DNA of 31,002 nt from Methanobacteriota archaeon (GCA_043820925.1 JBDRDL010000055.1:1-31002); one strand, 5' to 3'. Shown: positions 1-9,287, counted from the first letter of the stretch. Notes: generated from the sequence alone by a model not told the origin. A program made the numbers and translations.

Positions 1-210
1 GAGCAGGGGAAGTGCGAGCTGCATGGCGAGTATGACGTCTGGCAGCTGAGCGATAAGGTATTAGTATCAAATACTGGCGTTGAGCCTGCTGGTAATAAAG
101 GCGCTTTAGCTTATGGTGTCAATTTTTTGACTGCTGATGAGATTGCATATAAAAAGTCGAAGCGATTAGAAGTGCCTGTAGATTATGCACTTGCGTCAGC
201 AAGGTCGTAA
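1..210 (+). CDS. 3' end of a hypothetical protein (5'-truncated by window edge)
   Basis: Frame 1 is open from base 1 to TAA at 208-210 (EQGKCELHGEY...YALASARS*) and is followed by a hairpin. No family recognised. Confidence 0.55.
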   Translation, partial: EQGKCELHGEYDVWQLSDKVLVSNTGVEPAGNKGALAYGVNFLTADEIAYKKSKRLEVPVDYALASARS

Positions 211-213
211 GTC

Positions 214-247
214 TTGCGCCCAGCTATCGCTGGCAAAGCAGGCGCAA
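214..247 (+). terminator. Stem-loop after first CDS, possible terminator
   Basis: TTGCGCC (214-220) pairs with GGCGCAA (241-247), with an inner CAGC-TATC-GCTG hairpin, followed by a T-rich tract. Confidence 0.4.
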
Positions 248-293
248 TAGAATTTTTATGCCTTGAGGTATAAATTACCTGAAGGCGAGAACT

Positions 294-1538
294 TTGGGAT
301 TTCTGGATAGATTTTTCGGCAAGGAAAAAAAAGAAGAGCTGCCTCTTAGCCTGGATATTAAAGATTTGGAGCATTATATTGGCGCAAAAATCAAGGCAAG
401 AAAGAGCGAAGCATGCGAGGTTTTGCTGCCAAAGATGGATGAAATTCTGGACGCAAAAGAAAGGGCGAAGGAAATAATTGAAGAGCTGAGGGAGCACGAT
501 TTTCCTGAAGATATCAAAGATAGGGTATATAAGCCGATACTGACCTCAAAGCCGCTGTACGTGAAGGGAATCTTCGAAGCGCTGGAAGAAATTGGAATAA
601 AAAACCGCAGCTTCGAGGACATTCAAAGCTTCTATGATAGAGTGCTGAATGTCCTGAAAGCGATACAGAAGGTGCAGCTCGGCCAAGGCAGGTACGTTGC
701 GGCAGCTTTTGAGGAAGAAGTTCTCAGGCTGGGCACCGTGCTGAACAGAATGATAGATTTGACCAAGGAGGTAGGAGATTCGCTCGCAGAAGAAAATAAA
801 GCACTAACCTTGCTGCAGGACCTAGGCTCAAAGAGTATAGAGCTAAATATCAAGATTAAAGAGATGCAGAAATCAAGAGAAAAAATTGCGGAATTGGAAA
901 AGGAAATCTCAAAGCTCGAAACAGAGATAAAAGCGTTGAGGAAAGAGTCAGCAGAATTTGAGAACAGCCGAGCATTTCAGGAGTATTTGAAATTAGCGCA
1001 GAGCTTGGAAGAAAATAGAAAACAGCGAGCTGCGCTGGAATCCACGGCTCTGAACCTGTTCGGACCGCTTGCAAGAGTTTTTAGAAAGTACAAAAAAATC
1101 GCAGGGAGCGAAATAGGTCTAGAACCTGTGGCTGCGGTATTTTCAGGACAGAACTACGCCGCTATCCTGAAGGAAGTAAGGAAAGCTGTGAAAAGTGGTG
1201 CCTTATACTTAGATGCGAAGGAAAAAGAAAGAACTCTTCAAAAACTGGAGAAGGCTATCGCAGGAGCTGGAGAGCTGAAGAGCGAATACGATAAAATCCT
1301 CAGGGAAGAAGTAGAGCTCAAGAGCAAGCTTTCATCCTCGCTTGCACTGAAGCGAAAAGAAGAAATGGAAGCCGAGCTAAAAGCCTGTGAGAAGAAGCTT
1401 GACGAGCTGAACGGAGAGCTGCGCTCTATCGAAAGCGGTGCAATTGAAAAAAGAATGCTTGAAATAAAGGAGAGTATCCAGGAAGGGCTTTCGAAAGTGG
1501 AAGGCAGAGAAGTTAATATTTATATGAAAAGTAAATAG
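294..1538 (+). CDS. Coiled-coil hypothetical protein
   Basis: 414-aa ORF (TTG start) with long E/K/L heptad-rich helices and an amphipathic N-terminus MGFLDRFFG; no catalytic motif seen. Confidence 0.8.
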   Translation: MGFLDRFFGKEKKEELPLSLDIKDLEHYIGAKIKARKSEACEVLLPKMDEILDAKERAKEIIEELREHDFPEDIKDRVYKPILTSKPLYVKGIFEALEEIGIKNRSFEDIQSFYDRVLNVLKAIQKVQLGQGRYVAAAFEEEVLRLGTVLNRMIDLTKEVGDSLAEENKALTLLQDLGSKSIELNIKIKEMQKSREKIAELEKEISKLETEIKALRKESAEFENSRAFQEYLKLAQSLEENRKQRAALESTALNLFGPLARVFRKYKKIAGSEIGLEPVAAVFSGQNYAAILKEVRKAVKSGALYLDAKEKERTLQKLEKAIAGAGELKSEYDKILREEVELKSKLSSSLALKRKEEMEAELKACEKKLDELNGELRSIESGAIEKRMLEIKESIQEGLSKVEGREVNIYMKSK

Positions 1539-1548
1539 AAGCCTGTAC

Positions 1549-2049
1549 ATGCTCGTCCTAATTTGCGGTCTCCCTGGTACAGGCAAGAGCACCCTCGCAA
1601 ATGCTCTAGCAGGGGAAATAGGGGCGACTGTTCTGAGGACTGATGAAATAAGAAAAAAGCTGTTTGAAGAGCCGAGGTACTCCGAGGAGGAGAAGGAGCT
1701 CGTCTACAGGGTTATCTTTCTAATCGCAGAGCATCTGCTGCGAAACAGGTGCAATGTAATCATAGACGGCACTTTTTATAAGAGGGCGCTCAGGCAGCAG
1801 GTGTATGAGATTGCGGAGAAAACCAACAGCAGTATCGAAGTGGTGGAGTGCGTAACTCCGGAGTACTTGATAAAAAGGAGAATGGAAGGCGGGAGAAAAA
1901 AGAGAGCGCTGAGCGACGCTGATTACGAGATTTATAAAAAAATCAGGGACGAATTCGAGCCGATAGGGAGAAAGCACATCGTAATAGACACGAGCAGGTA
2001 TCGTGAACAGAACCTAGAGCAGCTTCTCAGCGAGCTGCGAGCCGTGTAG
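1549..2049 (+). CDS. P-loop kinase, AAA_33 / COG0645-like
   Basis: Walker A GLPGTGKST, 'RTDEIRK', 'VIIDGTF', 'SDAD'. Confidence 0.85.
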   Translation: MLVLICGLPGTGKSTLANALAGEIGATVLRTDEIRKKLFEEPRYSEEEKELVYRVIFLIAEHLLRNRCNVIIDGTFYKRALRQQVYEIAEKTNSSIEVVECVTPEYLIKRRMEGGRKKRALSDADYEIYKKIRDEFEPIGRKHIVIDTSRYREQNLEQLLSELRAV

Positions 2050-3048
2050 CTCCTTTGCATACTCGTATGCCAGGTCGAAGTACCGCTTGGTAAGCCTTTC
2101 TGCCTCTTTTTTATCCCTCTCACCCATATTCGCATCGCCGAGCTTGAAGCTCGCTACTTTTGCTCTAACATAGGCTCTGTAGCACCTGTAGAAAGGAAGC
2201 AGTCTTGGAATTTGCAGGTCGCCGCTGTAGCGCATGTACTGCTCTACAAAAAAATTCGCAAGCTCTCTCCTGCTGTGGAACTCCAAGTCCATCGCAAGAA
2301 ATGCTACTTCTGCCGCTACATCAGAACATTTGAATGTTCTGTTGAATTCGATTGCATCAAAGACGTATATCTCACCACTTTTCAGAATAAATATGTTGCC
2401 AGAGTGCACGTCGCCGTGGCATTCTCTTATTCTGCCTCCTGCCACTCTCGCCTCGAACAGCTCCGCCTCTCTCTCCATGAATCTGAGCACATTAGTTTCC
2501 GTAAAATCAAAAATTTTCTTGTTTATCAAGCTGCCGCGCAGGTTTCGAGTCTGCTCGAAATTCTGGACCCAGTTTGCCCTTATCTGCGCCGTGCTGCCGT
2601 ACTCGTCTACCCCTTCCCCGGTTTTCGCCTTGGAATGAAACTCTGCAAGCAGCATAGCAATCTTATCTATTTCTTTTTCAGTGACTTCGTTTTTTTTCAG
2701 AAGCGCAGTCATCATGGCTTCCTGCGGCAGCTGACGCATTTTAACTGCGTACTCAACAGCCTCTCCTAGTCCCTTTATTTTTATTCCTTCTGGAGATTTG
2801 TTTATGGGCACAACGCCGAGGTACATGTCTCCGCAGAGCGGCCTGTTCACTCTCACTTCTTCCTCGCAGTAGAACCTCCTCTTCTCAAGCGTCGTGAAAT
2901 CCAAGAACTCGAAGTTCACAGGTTTTTTTACCTTGTAGACGTACTTTCCTGTTAAAAAAATAAAAGAAATATGGGTCTGCATCAACTCGATTTTTTCAAC
3001 CTTCTCGTCATATGCGTCGGGCTTTAGCAGCACCTCAACAATTGACAT
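2014..3048 (-). CDS. Aminoglycoside-phosphotransferase-like kinase (COG2187)
   Basis: QTHISFIFL, YKVKKPVNFEFLDF, CHGDVHSGNI, FDAIEFN, YRAYVRAKV motifs. Confidence 0.88.
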   Translation of the reverse strand: MSIVEVLLKPDAYDEKVEKIELMQTHISFIFLTGKYVYKVKKPVNFEFLDFTTLEKRRFYCEEEVRVNRPLCGDMYLGVVPINKSPEGIKIKGLGEAVEYAVKMRQLPQEAMMTALLKKNEVTEKEIDKIAMLLAEFHSKAKTGEGVDEYGSTAQIRANWVQNFEQTRNLRGSLINKKIFDFTETNVLRFMEREAELFEARVAGGRIRECHGDVHSGNIFILKSGEIYVFDAIEFNRTFKCSDVAAEVAFLAMDLEFHSRRELANFFVEQYMRYSGDLQIPRLLPFYRCYRAYVRAKVASFKLGDANMGERDKKEAERLTKRYFDLAYEYAKELHGSQLAEKLL

Positions 3049-3276
3049 GCTTACAGCGTTTGCATATTTACTTATATTTTTTGCGCTCTATTGTCATGAC
3101 GTCGCTGACTGTTGTTCTTTGCACGATTGCTTTAAAATTTTTGCCTAAATTAGGCGGTGGTTGTAACTTACCATAAAACACTCGTTAATCTTTTGAGTCA
3201 TCTTGGCTCATCTTATTGGATTTTTTCCAACCGTGCCGCGTTCAATGCGAAATTCTAGATGGGCTAAGGGTGAAAA

Positions 3277-3441
3277 ATGGTAGGTAGAAGAAAAGAAGAG
3301 AAAAATTGCGTTGAATGCGGCAAAAGGATAAGCGGATTTAAGGATTACTGCACATCCTGCCATGCTAAAATATTAGAAAAAATAAAGAATTCAAAAAAAG
3401 GAAGGAAAAAAGGCTTTAATACCTTGGTGGTGGGGAGCTGA
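3277..3441 (+). CDS. Small CxxC...CxxC zinc-finger protein (54 aa), not in ORF track
   Basis: MVGRRKEEKNCVECGKRISGFKDYCTSCHAKILEKIKNSKKGRKKGFNTLVVGS*; SD-like GGGTGA at 3268-3273; TATA-like TTTAAA at 3131-3136. Confidence 0.65.
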   Translation: MVGRRKEEKNCVECGKRISGFKDYCTSCHAKILEKIKNSKKGRKKGFNTLVVGS

Positions 3442-4636
3442 TTTTTAAATTCCCTCTTCCATTTCCGAACCTTCGGACGTTCTTTCTGAAACCTGACCTC
3501 TCCATGCTGAACCTAATCCTTGGATAGTCACCGGAGTCAAAGCCCCCGAATACCTCAGGTTTAACGTCCTTGTGGTCGGCGTGAATTCTCCTCATGTTGT
3601 CGTAGCCGTCCGGAGTTAGTATGCAGATTGCTCGTCCAGTTTTCCCGGCTCTGGCTGTTCTTCCTATGCGATGGGTGTAGTCGTCTGCGCTCGAAGGAAT
3701 GTCGTAGTTGAAAATGTGGCTGACGCCTGTTATGTCGAGGCCCCTTGATGCAACATCCGTTGCCACGAGAATAGGGAAATCCCCTTTTCTAAACCGCCCC
3801 ATTATCCTTTCTCTCCTGCTCTGCGTCAGCCCGCCGTGAATAGCCCACGCATTGATGCGATTTTTGTAGAGATTCTTTGACAAGACGTCGGCCATGATCT
3901 GCGTATTTGTAAAAATAATCGCAGAAAACGGGTCCTCCCTTTTGAGAAGAGCCAGAAGCATCTGGAACTTCTCATTCTTTCTGACCTCTATGTATGTCTG
4001 CTCGACCTTTGGCTCCTCTATACCGTTCCCGGACCTGAATATTTCTGGGTTCTTCATGAAGCGTTCTGCAAGCTCTCTTATCTCCCCGGGAATAGTTGCG
4101 CCGAAGAGCAGGGTCTGGCGGTTTCTCGGGATGTGCCCTATGATCGCTGTTATGTCCCTGATGAATCCCATGTCCAGCATCCTGTCTGCCTCGTCCAGAA
4201 CCAGGATTCGGACGCCTGAGAGGTCAAGGGTTCCCCTCCGAAGGTGGTCCAACACCCTACCCGGGGTACCTACGACGATTTCTGCCTTTCTTAATCCAAC
4301 AAACTGTACCTTTATCGGCTGGCCCCCATAGACCGTCACCACATTTACCTTTTTATACCTTGACATGTCCTTTATCATGTCGGTTATCTGCAGGGCCAGC
4401 TCCCTCGTCGGACTTAAAACCAGGGTCTGAACACCTTTACCCTTTTCGACCTTCTGAATCAGGGGAATCGAAAAGGCGACGGTTTTCCCTGAGCCTGTCG
4501 GCGACTGACCGATAACGTCCTTGCCGTCAAGGGCAGAGGGAAGGACTGACTCTTGGATAAATGTCATTTCTTTAAACTTCAAATCCCTAACCGCTTCCAG
4601 AATAAGCGGATTTATATCTATTTCTTCAAATTTCAT
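3416..4636 (-). CDS. DEAD-box RNA helicase
   Basis: PTGSGKT, PTRELA, TPGR, DEAD, GAT (SAT variant), ARGLD-like 'SRGLD', HRIGRTAR. ATG at 4636 preceded by SD AGGTGA. Confidence 0.95.
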   Translation of the reverse strand: MKFEEIDINPLILEAVRDLKFKEMTFIQESVLPSALDGKDVIGQSPTGSGKTVAFSIPLIQKVEKGKGVQTLVLSPTRELALQITDMIKDMSRYKKVNVVTVYGGQPIKVQFVGLRKAEIVVGTPGRVLDHLRRGTLDLSGVRILVLDEADRMLDMGFIRDITAIIGHIPRNRQTLLFGATIPGEIRELAERFMKNPEIFRSGNGIEEPKVEQTYIEVRKNEKFQMLLALLKREDPFSAIIFTNTQIMADVLSKNLYKNRINAWAIHGGLTQSRRERIMGRFRKGDFPILVATDVASRGLDITGVSHIFNYDIPSSADDYTHRIGRTARAGKTGRAICILTPDGYDNMRRIHADHKDVKPEVFGGFDSGDYPRIRFSMERSGFRKNVRRFGNGRGNLKISSPPPRY

Positions 4637-4805
4637 ATTTTCACCTAAAAAAAGCAATGATTACAATGAGATTGAATTCAACTGCAATTGCTTTTACTTT
4701 TACGTCTCTGCAATCGTCCCATTTGAAATATTTATTGTCAAATATGCGATTACTTTTCCCTCGCTCACCAAAGCTATTTATCAGGTTATCCTTAACGCTA
4801 TTTGT

Positions 4806-5909
4806 ATGAAGCGCACAGGCGTCGCTGAGCTGCCGCTGCACAGCGGAAGAGCTCCGAGATGGCTTTTCCAGAGGATGGTAAAGCTCGCAGGAGGCATTAC
4901 AGAGGCGGTTGTATACGAGTACGGCAGCGGAGAGTTTTTAAGAAGGCTCTCCGAGCCTTGCTGGTTCCAGGCTTTTTCTTGCGTGCTCGGCTTTGACTGG
5001 CATTCTTCTGGAACGACAACAACGACCTGCGGAGCTCTGAAAGTGGCGCTTGAACCAGAGAAGCACGGAATTGTGGTAGCGGGCGGAAAAGGCAAAACCT
5101 CGAGGAAAGCTCCAGACGAAATCGAAAGCGCAGGAAATGTTTTTTCCCTGCCCTCGAATAAGTTGGAAAAACTGAAATATTCCAGCAAGATGTCTGCGAA
5201 GGTAGATAACACCTGCATTCAAGACGGCTACCAGCTTTACCACCACTGTTTTATTTTTACTGAGCACGGCGACTGGGCTGTGATTCAGCAGGGGATGAAT
5301 GAAAATTATGCACGTAGATATCACTGGCTCTCTGAAAGAATTGAGAATTTCGTTGAGACGCCGCATTCTGCAATTTGCTGCGAGCGCAAGGAAAGCAGCG
5401 TTCTGGACATGACCGCAAGGGAAAGCGGAGAGGCAAGAAAAACCAGCGTGGATTTAGTAAAAGATAATCCCGAGCATCTGAAGAGATATTTCAAGCAGAG
5501 GCAGCTGACTGAATTTCTCGGAAATAAAATCCAAGAGCTCTCGCTGCCTGCCCGCCACGCAGTGCTCGATATCGACGTGGGTGAGAGGGGAATGCATATG
5601 CTAAAAAAAGCCTACGAGCTGCAGCCTGAAAATTATGAAGAACTCGTTGCTATAAGAGGTATAGGTCCGAAAACCGTTAGAGCTTTAACCCTAATATCGG
5701 AACTCGTGTACGGCTCCAAAGCGAGTTGGAAAGACCCTGCAAAATACTCCTTTGCGCACGGAGGCAAGGACGGATTTCCGTACCCTGTGGACAGAAAAAC
5801 CTACGACGCTTCAATAGAAATTTTAAAAAATGCGGTGGAAGAAGCAAAGGTCGAGAAAAAAGAGAAATACAGTGCTATTAAAAGGCTGCACGAGTTTTTA
5901 GAAAGGTAA
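4806..5909 (+). CDS. DUF763 family protein
   Basis: LPLHSGRAPRWLF, GFDWHSSGTTT, AKVDNTCIQDGYQLYHH, HhH-like GIGPKT, FAHGGKDG. Real start taken as ATG 4806. Confidence 0.9.
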   Translation: MKRTGVAELPLHSGRAPRWLFQRMVKLAGGITEAVVYEYGSGEFLRRLSEPCWFQAFSCVLGFDWHSSGTTTTTCGALKVALEPEKHGIVVAGGKGKTSRKAPDEIESAGNVFSLPSNKLEKLKYSSKMSAKVDNTCIQDGYQLYHHCFIFTEHGDWAVIQQGMNENYARRYHWLSERIENFVETPHSAICCERKESSVLDMTARESGEARKTSVDLVKDNPEHLKRYFKQRQLTEFLGNKIQELSLPARHAVLDIDVGERGMHMLKKAYELQPENYEELVAIRGIGPKTVRALTLISELVYGSKASWKDPAKYSFAHGGKDGFPYPVDRKTYDASIEILKNAVEEAKVEKKEKYSAIKRLHEFLER

Positions 5910-5925
5910 TTTTTGAAGACATGAT

Positions 5926-6128
5926 TTAGCTGTACAATCGAGGCTCTATATCATTTTCAGAATAACCCAAACTTTTTATAGTTTCCACGATTTTTTTCTT
6001 TGTGGAGGCATCGTCTGAGGTTATTTCAAAGTCCACAAATGCCCCTAAACCCTTCACGTCGTTCAGCTCTAGAATTGCTTCTCCACTCCTCTCTCTTATG
6101 AAACTCTTATCTTAACTCCGATTTCCAT
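5926..6128 (-). pseudogene. Remnant of CYTH / class IV adenylate cyclase (CyaB-like) gene
   Basis: ATG at 6128 reads MEIGVKIRVS* (degenerate ExExK motif). Another frame reads ILELNDVKGLGAFVDFEI...SLGYSENDIEPRLYS*, a CYTH C-terminal signature. The middle of the gene is missing. Confidence 0.65.
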
Positions 6129-6133
6129 AAATT

Positions 6134-6505
6134 TTATCTTCTGATTAGTATCTCCCCTTCTATGAAATCCAGCACTTCTTCGAGAGTAATATCTCTAGAT
6201 GCAACAGGATTACTTTTTCCTTGAATGTGGGTATGATGTGGAAATGAAGAAATTTCTTTATGGTGCGGTGCGTTATCCCATCTTCTTATTAGGTAATTCT
6301 TTGAATCCATCCATTGAAAGCGATATCTATGCAATTTATTCAGCATGTCTATAAATTCCATGAACCTCAAAATGCTTCCATCTACAAAAATTAGCGTCCC
6401 TCTAATAAAGGCAGTATTTCTCTCAAATTTAAAATGTATTTTGTCATCGGCGATTATCTTGGATTCTTTGATTTTCCTCCGCTTACCTTCAATCCAAGAA
6501 TACAT
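6134..6505 (-). CDS. DUF6516 / TumE-like putative toxin
   Basis: 'DGSILRFME...YRFQW...RRWDNAPHH...FPHHTH' signature. Confidence 0.8.
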   Translation of the reverse strand: MYSWIEGKRRKIKESKIIADDKIHFKFERNTAFIRGTLIFVDGSILRFMEFIDMLNKLHRYRFQWMDSKNYLIRRWDNAPHHKEISSFPHHTHIQGKSNPVASRDITLEEVLDFIEGEILIRR

Positions 6506-6779
6506 CTACAGACCTCTTTGCCTCCTCGTACTCTGCTTTAACGTTCATGTACATGTGATAGGTGGCTTCCCATGCAAACCATTCTTCGTCGTCGCCCAGC
6601 TCCCCGGAATTGAACTTTTCGAGAAATTTTTTGCTGCTCATTTTACGCTTCTTTTCAAATTTCTTGAGTTCTTCCTCATACAACTCCAATTTTCTTTTTA
6701 GGATGTTTTTCTCTCTTAGTATAGCAGACTTTACCAGCGGTATCGAACTTTTCTGCATTTTTATAGACACCGACGCCAT
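6489..6779 (-). CDS. Putative antitoxin partner of DUF6516 toxin
   Basis: 'KKFEKKRKMSSKKFLEKFNSGELGDDEEWFAW' motif; overlaps the toxin start; ATG 6779 follows GGTGG and a TATA-like TATAAAA. Confidence 0.72.
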   Translation of the reverse strand: MASVSIKMQKSSIPLVKSAILREKNILKRKLELYEEELKKFEKKRKMSSKKFLEKFNSGELGDDEEWFAWEATYHMYMNVKAEYEEAKRSVDVFLD

Positions 6780-6793
6780 GCAACCACCATACA

Positions 6794-7477
6794 CTACTTC
6801 AATCTTAACATTTTTATACTTATTGGCAAAGCAGAGAAAGTATCGTACTGCCCCAAGAGATCGGTATCAGTTCCTTTTTTCCAGCAACCCATTGCTCCAG
6901 CATCCCATTCTGTTTTTCTTACCATGTTGCCTTGTGTATCATCGTAGAACTCAGGCTGCTTCAGCAGAATCTGCTTTGATGTGTCATACTGGTTTATCAC
7001 TGTGAGCGTGAAACTCTCTTCTTTCCCCGGAGAAGAATAAACCTGTGTCGGCTCAACAGAAATGAACTGCCTGCATACCCCAACAAAACATGCGTAACCA
7101 GCAGAACAAGAAATACCTGCACATGGGTCTGTAACAATAATGGAACCGCCTCCCCCACCGCCGCCTCCTCCGCCTGAAGAACTTGGATTCATTATTCTTG
7201 TTGTAATCGTACGACTAATATCGCCTATTTTTGTAGTCTGCCTTTCATATATTGTTCCTCTAAGTCCCAGTTCTCTTGTTCTTTCCCAAGACTCTTCTGG
7301 TGATAATGGTTTTGTGCTTGTAAAACTTCCTAACACCACACCTGAAGTCGGGTCTGTAACTTCATATGTGTGTAGAGGTTCAGGTACAGATACATATGCT
7401 GCATAAACAAAAATAGAAAAAGAAATGAACACAAAGAAGATGAAAACAGTAAAAATAATTTTTCCCCTAATCCTCAT
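6794..7477 (-). CDS. Secreted/membrane-anchored hypothetical protein with poly-Gly linker and Cys-rich module (possibly C-terminally truncated)
   Basis: N-terminal hydrophobic helix, SSSG10S linker, DPCAGISCSAGYACFVGVC, then the start of a beta-rich domain. Confidence 0.7.
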   Translation of the reverse strand: MRIRGKIIFTVFIFFVFISFSIFVYAAYVSVPEPLHTYEVTDPTSGVVLGSFTSTKPLSPEESWERTRELGLRGTIYERQTTKIGDISRTITTRIMNPSSSGGGGGGGGGGSIIVTDPCAGISCSAGYACFVGVCRQFISVEPTQVYSSPGKEESFTLTVINQYDTSKQILLKQPEFYDDTQGNMVRKTEWDAGAMGCWKKGTDTDLLGQYDTFSALPISIKMLRLK

Positions 7478-7546
7478 GTTTTATTTATCGTATCTTTAAC
7501 ATTTAAATATTTAAAGTTCTTCTGAGTATCAGTATTATCCTACTTT

Positions 7547-9277
7547 TTAACGAACTGTTTTAACACATTCCTCCTCTTTAATAATCTTGTATTCATGCCT
7601 TTTTTCAGGCGGAATGTAATAATAATTATCCCAGATTTCACTTTCAATAACCTTTCCACCTTTCGTCAATTCTACAATAATTTTGTTGGGTAACATTTTT
7701 GTTTTTTTTATATCGTATCGTCTTTGATAATCCCCACTGGCGTAATCATCTAAAGAATATATATCTGCTAATCTAAAAGATGGAATAATAAGTTTGTCAT
7801 TATTATCAAATAATTCAAAAAGCAAACCAAGAGGAGCATAATATTGCAACTTTTGTTCTAAGTTTAAGAAAGAGAATTTATAATCTGTTATAAATATATT
7901 AGAGTAGCTTTCTTTTGGGATAAAATCTATTGTTTGTTCTGCATCATAGCAAATATTTTTTGATATGTCTATACCAAGAGATTGACGAATCTTAAATTTA
8001 TTTTCATTTTTCTTAAGATAGGATTTGCTTGCCCCAATATAGAATGTTACAGACTCTTTTTCAGCTTCTTTCACACCCAGAGGAAGCAAGAAATCTCTTG
8101 CGTCTAAAATAATATGGATATATGGAGGAGCCGGCTTAACTACATACATTAATTTCATACCAAATTCTGGATAAAATTGTTCTATTAAATTCTCTGACAG
8201 TTTTATATTTTCTGGTTTTGAAGTTTTTCCTAAATCTACCCTTACCATCCCTTCAGAATATTTTTCTTCGCTTACGTCCCACACATATCCATCAAAAGTC
8301 TTGCTATACCCAACAGGAATGTTTATAATAGCAAAATTATTGTTTGTGTCTTTGAAGTCAACAATAGGATTTAAAACAAACTTGTTCATGCCATTTTCAT
8401 TCCTGTCTTTTATTCCGTCGCCGTCGAAATCAGAATATGCTGTCCCGTTCTCCAAAACAACTCGATATTTCGGACTGATACCAGAGTTTCTCCAAGCTAA
8501 TTCGAGAGTAGTGAGTTTGTCAGTATCTAAATTATCCATCAGGTCATCCAGGACATTCTTCCTGTCAGCACCTGTAAGAGGTTTCCCGTTAATTATAATA
8601 TTATCATTCAAGATTCTTGCTGAATAATCTATGTAAGCCCTTTCCCAATCATCCATTATTTCGTCTGCATCAAAGTGGTACTTTGTTATTTTTTCCTGAA
8701 AGACCGCTGGCAGCCCTTTGCTTTTTGCGTAATCCAGAGCAGGAGTTGGTCTGAAAACTTCTATTGTGAAATCTTTCGAGGAGGAAGCGTTTTTATCGTC
8801 TACCACGGTGAGCCTGCCTGTGTAATTCCCAACCTGTTTGTATGCGTGTTTAATCCAAGGGTCAAGGGTTTCCTGTTTTGTGCCATCCCCGAGGTTCCAG
8901 ATATAACTGACAATTTTACCGTCAGGGTCGTATGAGCCAGAGGCATCAAATGTTATTTCCTTGTTTTTCACAGCACTGTCTTTGTATGAAACATCTGCTG
9001 TAGGTGGTTTGTTAACAGGAGCTATTCCTACACAAGCAGAAGCGAACATGGCACCTGCAAGCAGGGCAATGCCCTTGCCGACGGTTTTGTGATTTTCGTA
9101 CAATCCTGCGAAGAAGCCGTCTCTTGCACCTTCCATATCTTTTGGAATTTCGTTATCATTATAGAGTGTGCTCCCGAGTACTCTCAAACCAGAAGTAGCA
9201 TAAGCTAGAACTTCTTTATCCTTTTCATCGAATTCTTTTACGGCGTAGCCGCCTATTGCTTTGAAGTGGTTTTTCAT
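7547..9277 (-). CDS. PKD-domain cell-surface protein
   Basis: NKPPTAD...FDASGSYDPDGKIVSYIWNLGDG...HAYKQVGNYT..LTVVD (PKD); hydrophobic segment ending ASAC; DFDGDGIKD Ca-binding-like motif; AT-rich. Confidence 0.8.
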   Translation of the reverse strand: MKNHFKAIGGYAVKEFDEKDKEVLAYATSGLRVLGSTLYNDNEIPKDMEGARDGFFAGLYENHKTVGKGIALLAGAMFASACVGIAPVNKPPTADVSYKDSAVKNKEITFDASGSYDPDGKIVSYIWNLGDGTKQETLDPWIKHAYKQVGNYTGRLTVVDDKNASSSKDFTIEVFRPTPALDYAKSKGLPAVFQEKITKYHFDADEIMDDWERAYIDYSARILNDNIIINGKPLTGADRKNVLDDLMDNLDTDKLTTLELAWRNSGISPKYRVVLENGTAYSDFDGDGIKDRNENGMNKFVLNPIVDFKDTNNNFAIINIPVGYSKTFDGYVWDVSEEKYSEGMVRVDLGKTSKPENIKLSENLIEQFYPEFGMKLMYVVKPAPPYIHIILDARDFLLPLGVKEAEKESVTFYIGASKSYLKKNENKFKIRQSLGIDISKNICYDAEQTIDFIPKESYSNIFITDYKFSFLNLEQKLQYYAPLGLLFELFDNNDKLIIPSFRLADIYSLDDYASGDYQRRYDIKKTKMLPNKIIVELTKGGKVIESEIWDNYYYIPPEKRHEYKIIKEEECVKTVR

Positions 9278-9287
9278 ATTTTGCGTG

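Noticed and set aside
4521..4805. N-terminal extensions in the ORF track (DUF763, FkbM, DHH, L37Ae, MNT)
   Set aside because: They run through promoters or neighbouring genes; family motifs begin at downstream ATGs.
7140..7406. Poly-Pro ORF on + strand
   Set aside because: It is the antisense shadow of the poly-Gly linker of the minus-strand gene.
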